Shown: piece by piece, positions 62,613-64,000 of the stretch
Position numbering within the stretch: the first letter of the stretch is position 1
Layout: each line of letters starts with the position of its first letter
Assembly (NCBI GenBank): GCA_964247055.1
Contig: OZ176051.1
Coordinates: 1,488,001 to 1,552,000 of the forward strand
Direction: 5' to 3'
Length of the DNA stretch: 64,000 nt
Source: Paragordius varius
Lineage: Eukaryota; Animalia; Nematomorpha
Notes under the pieces: model-generated
Databases searched by the model: none
What the model saw: only the letters and a program-made list of their open reading frames with translations
Told to the model about the DNA's origin: nothing
Made by a program: the position numbers and the translations under genes

Positions 62613-63526
62613 TTTTGCGAGTATACAAATGTCCACTTTTCAAAAATCCCGGTTTTTATAACTTTGTATTAATGTCATGCCCATCTAGCTTATGCACAAT
62701 AAACCAGGGCTGGCTTTGACACACATGTGATATTTATATTTTTTTGTTATAAGTTATTATTAAATTATTTAGACCTTTTACAATGGATTGAAATTAAATT
62801 CATATGCATTAATTCATATTATTTTCTATTTATTGCCAATGCATTTAATTTAATTAAATTTAAATTATATATTTGATTGAACTTTGTATATTGTTTTATA
62901 ATTTGCAAGACGGATCCATAATTTTATAACCACAGAAAAGTTATAACTTTCGAAAATCTATATGAAAATAATTTATAATTTAAAAGGAAAACATATTAAT
63001 GGTAAATTTATTGTCAATAACTAATTAGTCACCTGTGGCACATATCAACGCCACAGCTTTTTAGTATGGAGTGCTCCTGTATAGATTTTAGTCAACAACA
63101 AATGTATATGCTATCTGGCAATTAATAAAAATCTAGCAATGTAAAGTTACTCACAGTTGTAATATATCATGATATAAAAACATTCATTATTGGTGATTAT
63201 TAATACAAAGCGAAAAATAACCTTCAAGCCAATAATATTTTTCTTTGTTGTATATGCTATCTGGCAACATTTAATGAACAACTAGCAAAGTATATTATCT
63301 ATACTGTATATTATAATGAAAAAATTGGATTTTCATGTTGCTTTTGGTTCTTCTGACGAGTCATTTAAGATAGTTCGAAAGTCCCATTTTTGCATCTCTT
63401 AAATATAGGATATATTAAAATAAACAAAAAAGTTTTATTTTTATCATATGCTCCATTAACCCATTAAAATTAAATTTTTTTTAAAAAGCATAGGCAAAAT
63501 TTTAATTAAGCTTATTTTATGGTATA

Positions 63527-64000
63527 CTAACGTAAAAGGAAGTCCTTCGGACATCATGAAAAAGGGATCAACAAAAGTGTGCATATATGTAGAATTTCGA
63601 AACATTAATTAATAGTTGTTTTCAAAACGGTGCATTAGTACTTATATATTGTTTACTGGTGTGAAGGCCCCATTGAACCGAAATACCCGCTATACTATAA
63701 TTTTTACCTTTTTATAGGTATTTTTTAAAGCCTTTATTTAAATCGTATGGCTTCCTAAGTTTTTTGAAAATTTCCAAAACCCGCCATTTTTGTATGGCCT
63801 CTCAATCTTAAACCGGTAGACCCCTGCCCATAGACCTATATGGAAAAAGCGCTGAGTTAAATTCTTTGCCTTTTTACGGGTTACATTTCAAGCCCTTATT
63901 TAACTCATATGGCCTGGTTTTCTAGAATTTTCTCCAAAGCATCTGTATCGATATGGTGGCCCAGTTGTAGACGGGTAGCCCCCTACCCAGAAGTCAATAT
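63527..64000 (-). mobile_element. Second, diverged copy of the 20328 Helitron (3' end)
   Basis: CTAACGTAAA..GGAAGTCCTTCGGAC..GAAACATTA..TTTCAAAACGGTGCATTAGTACT is colinear with 20328-20510. How far the homology extends toward the window end is uncertain. Confidence 0.55.

Noticed and set aside
63353-63385. CTGACGA...CGAAAGTC hammerhead-like core
   Set aside because: Stem II does not pair and helix III is absent. CGAAAGTCCC is part of the common repeat module.

Overview
Very AT-rich, intron-rich eukaryotic DNA with animal-type proteins and the standard genetic code. The organism cannot be named from the sequence alone. Hand-spliced gene models: the 3' part of a NUP153-like nucleoporin (+), an uncharacterised ~601-aa gene with a partial PHD-like motif (+), a histidine acid phosphatase (+), XRN2 (+, 20 exons), PSMD1/RPN2 (-, 29 exons) and a ZNF800-like zinc-finger gene (+). 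Mobile DNA includes an apparently intact Buster-type hAT transposon with a perfect 8-bp TSD, several MITEs, non-autonomous Helitrons and tandem or foldback repeats. The main result is a class of 21-25 nt GT-AG introns. Nine are predicted and eight of them are needed to keep the reading frame open. They occur only as the first introns of genes, within about 365 nt of the ATG, and all carry an A exactly 8 nt from the 3' end. All 55 other introns I could model are 64-1561 nt, and in PSMD1 intron length rises almost steadily over the first ten introns. A second result is a minimal type I hammerhead ribozyme in the centre of an inverted repeat, on the sense strand of a NUP153-like intron. All models are manual, with no RNA data or database searches behind them.
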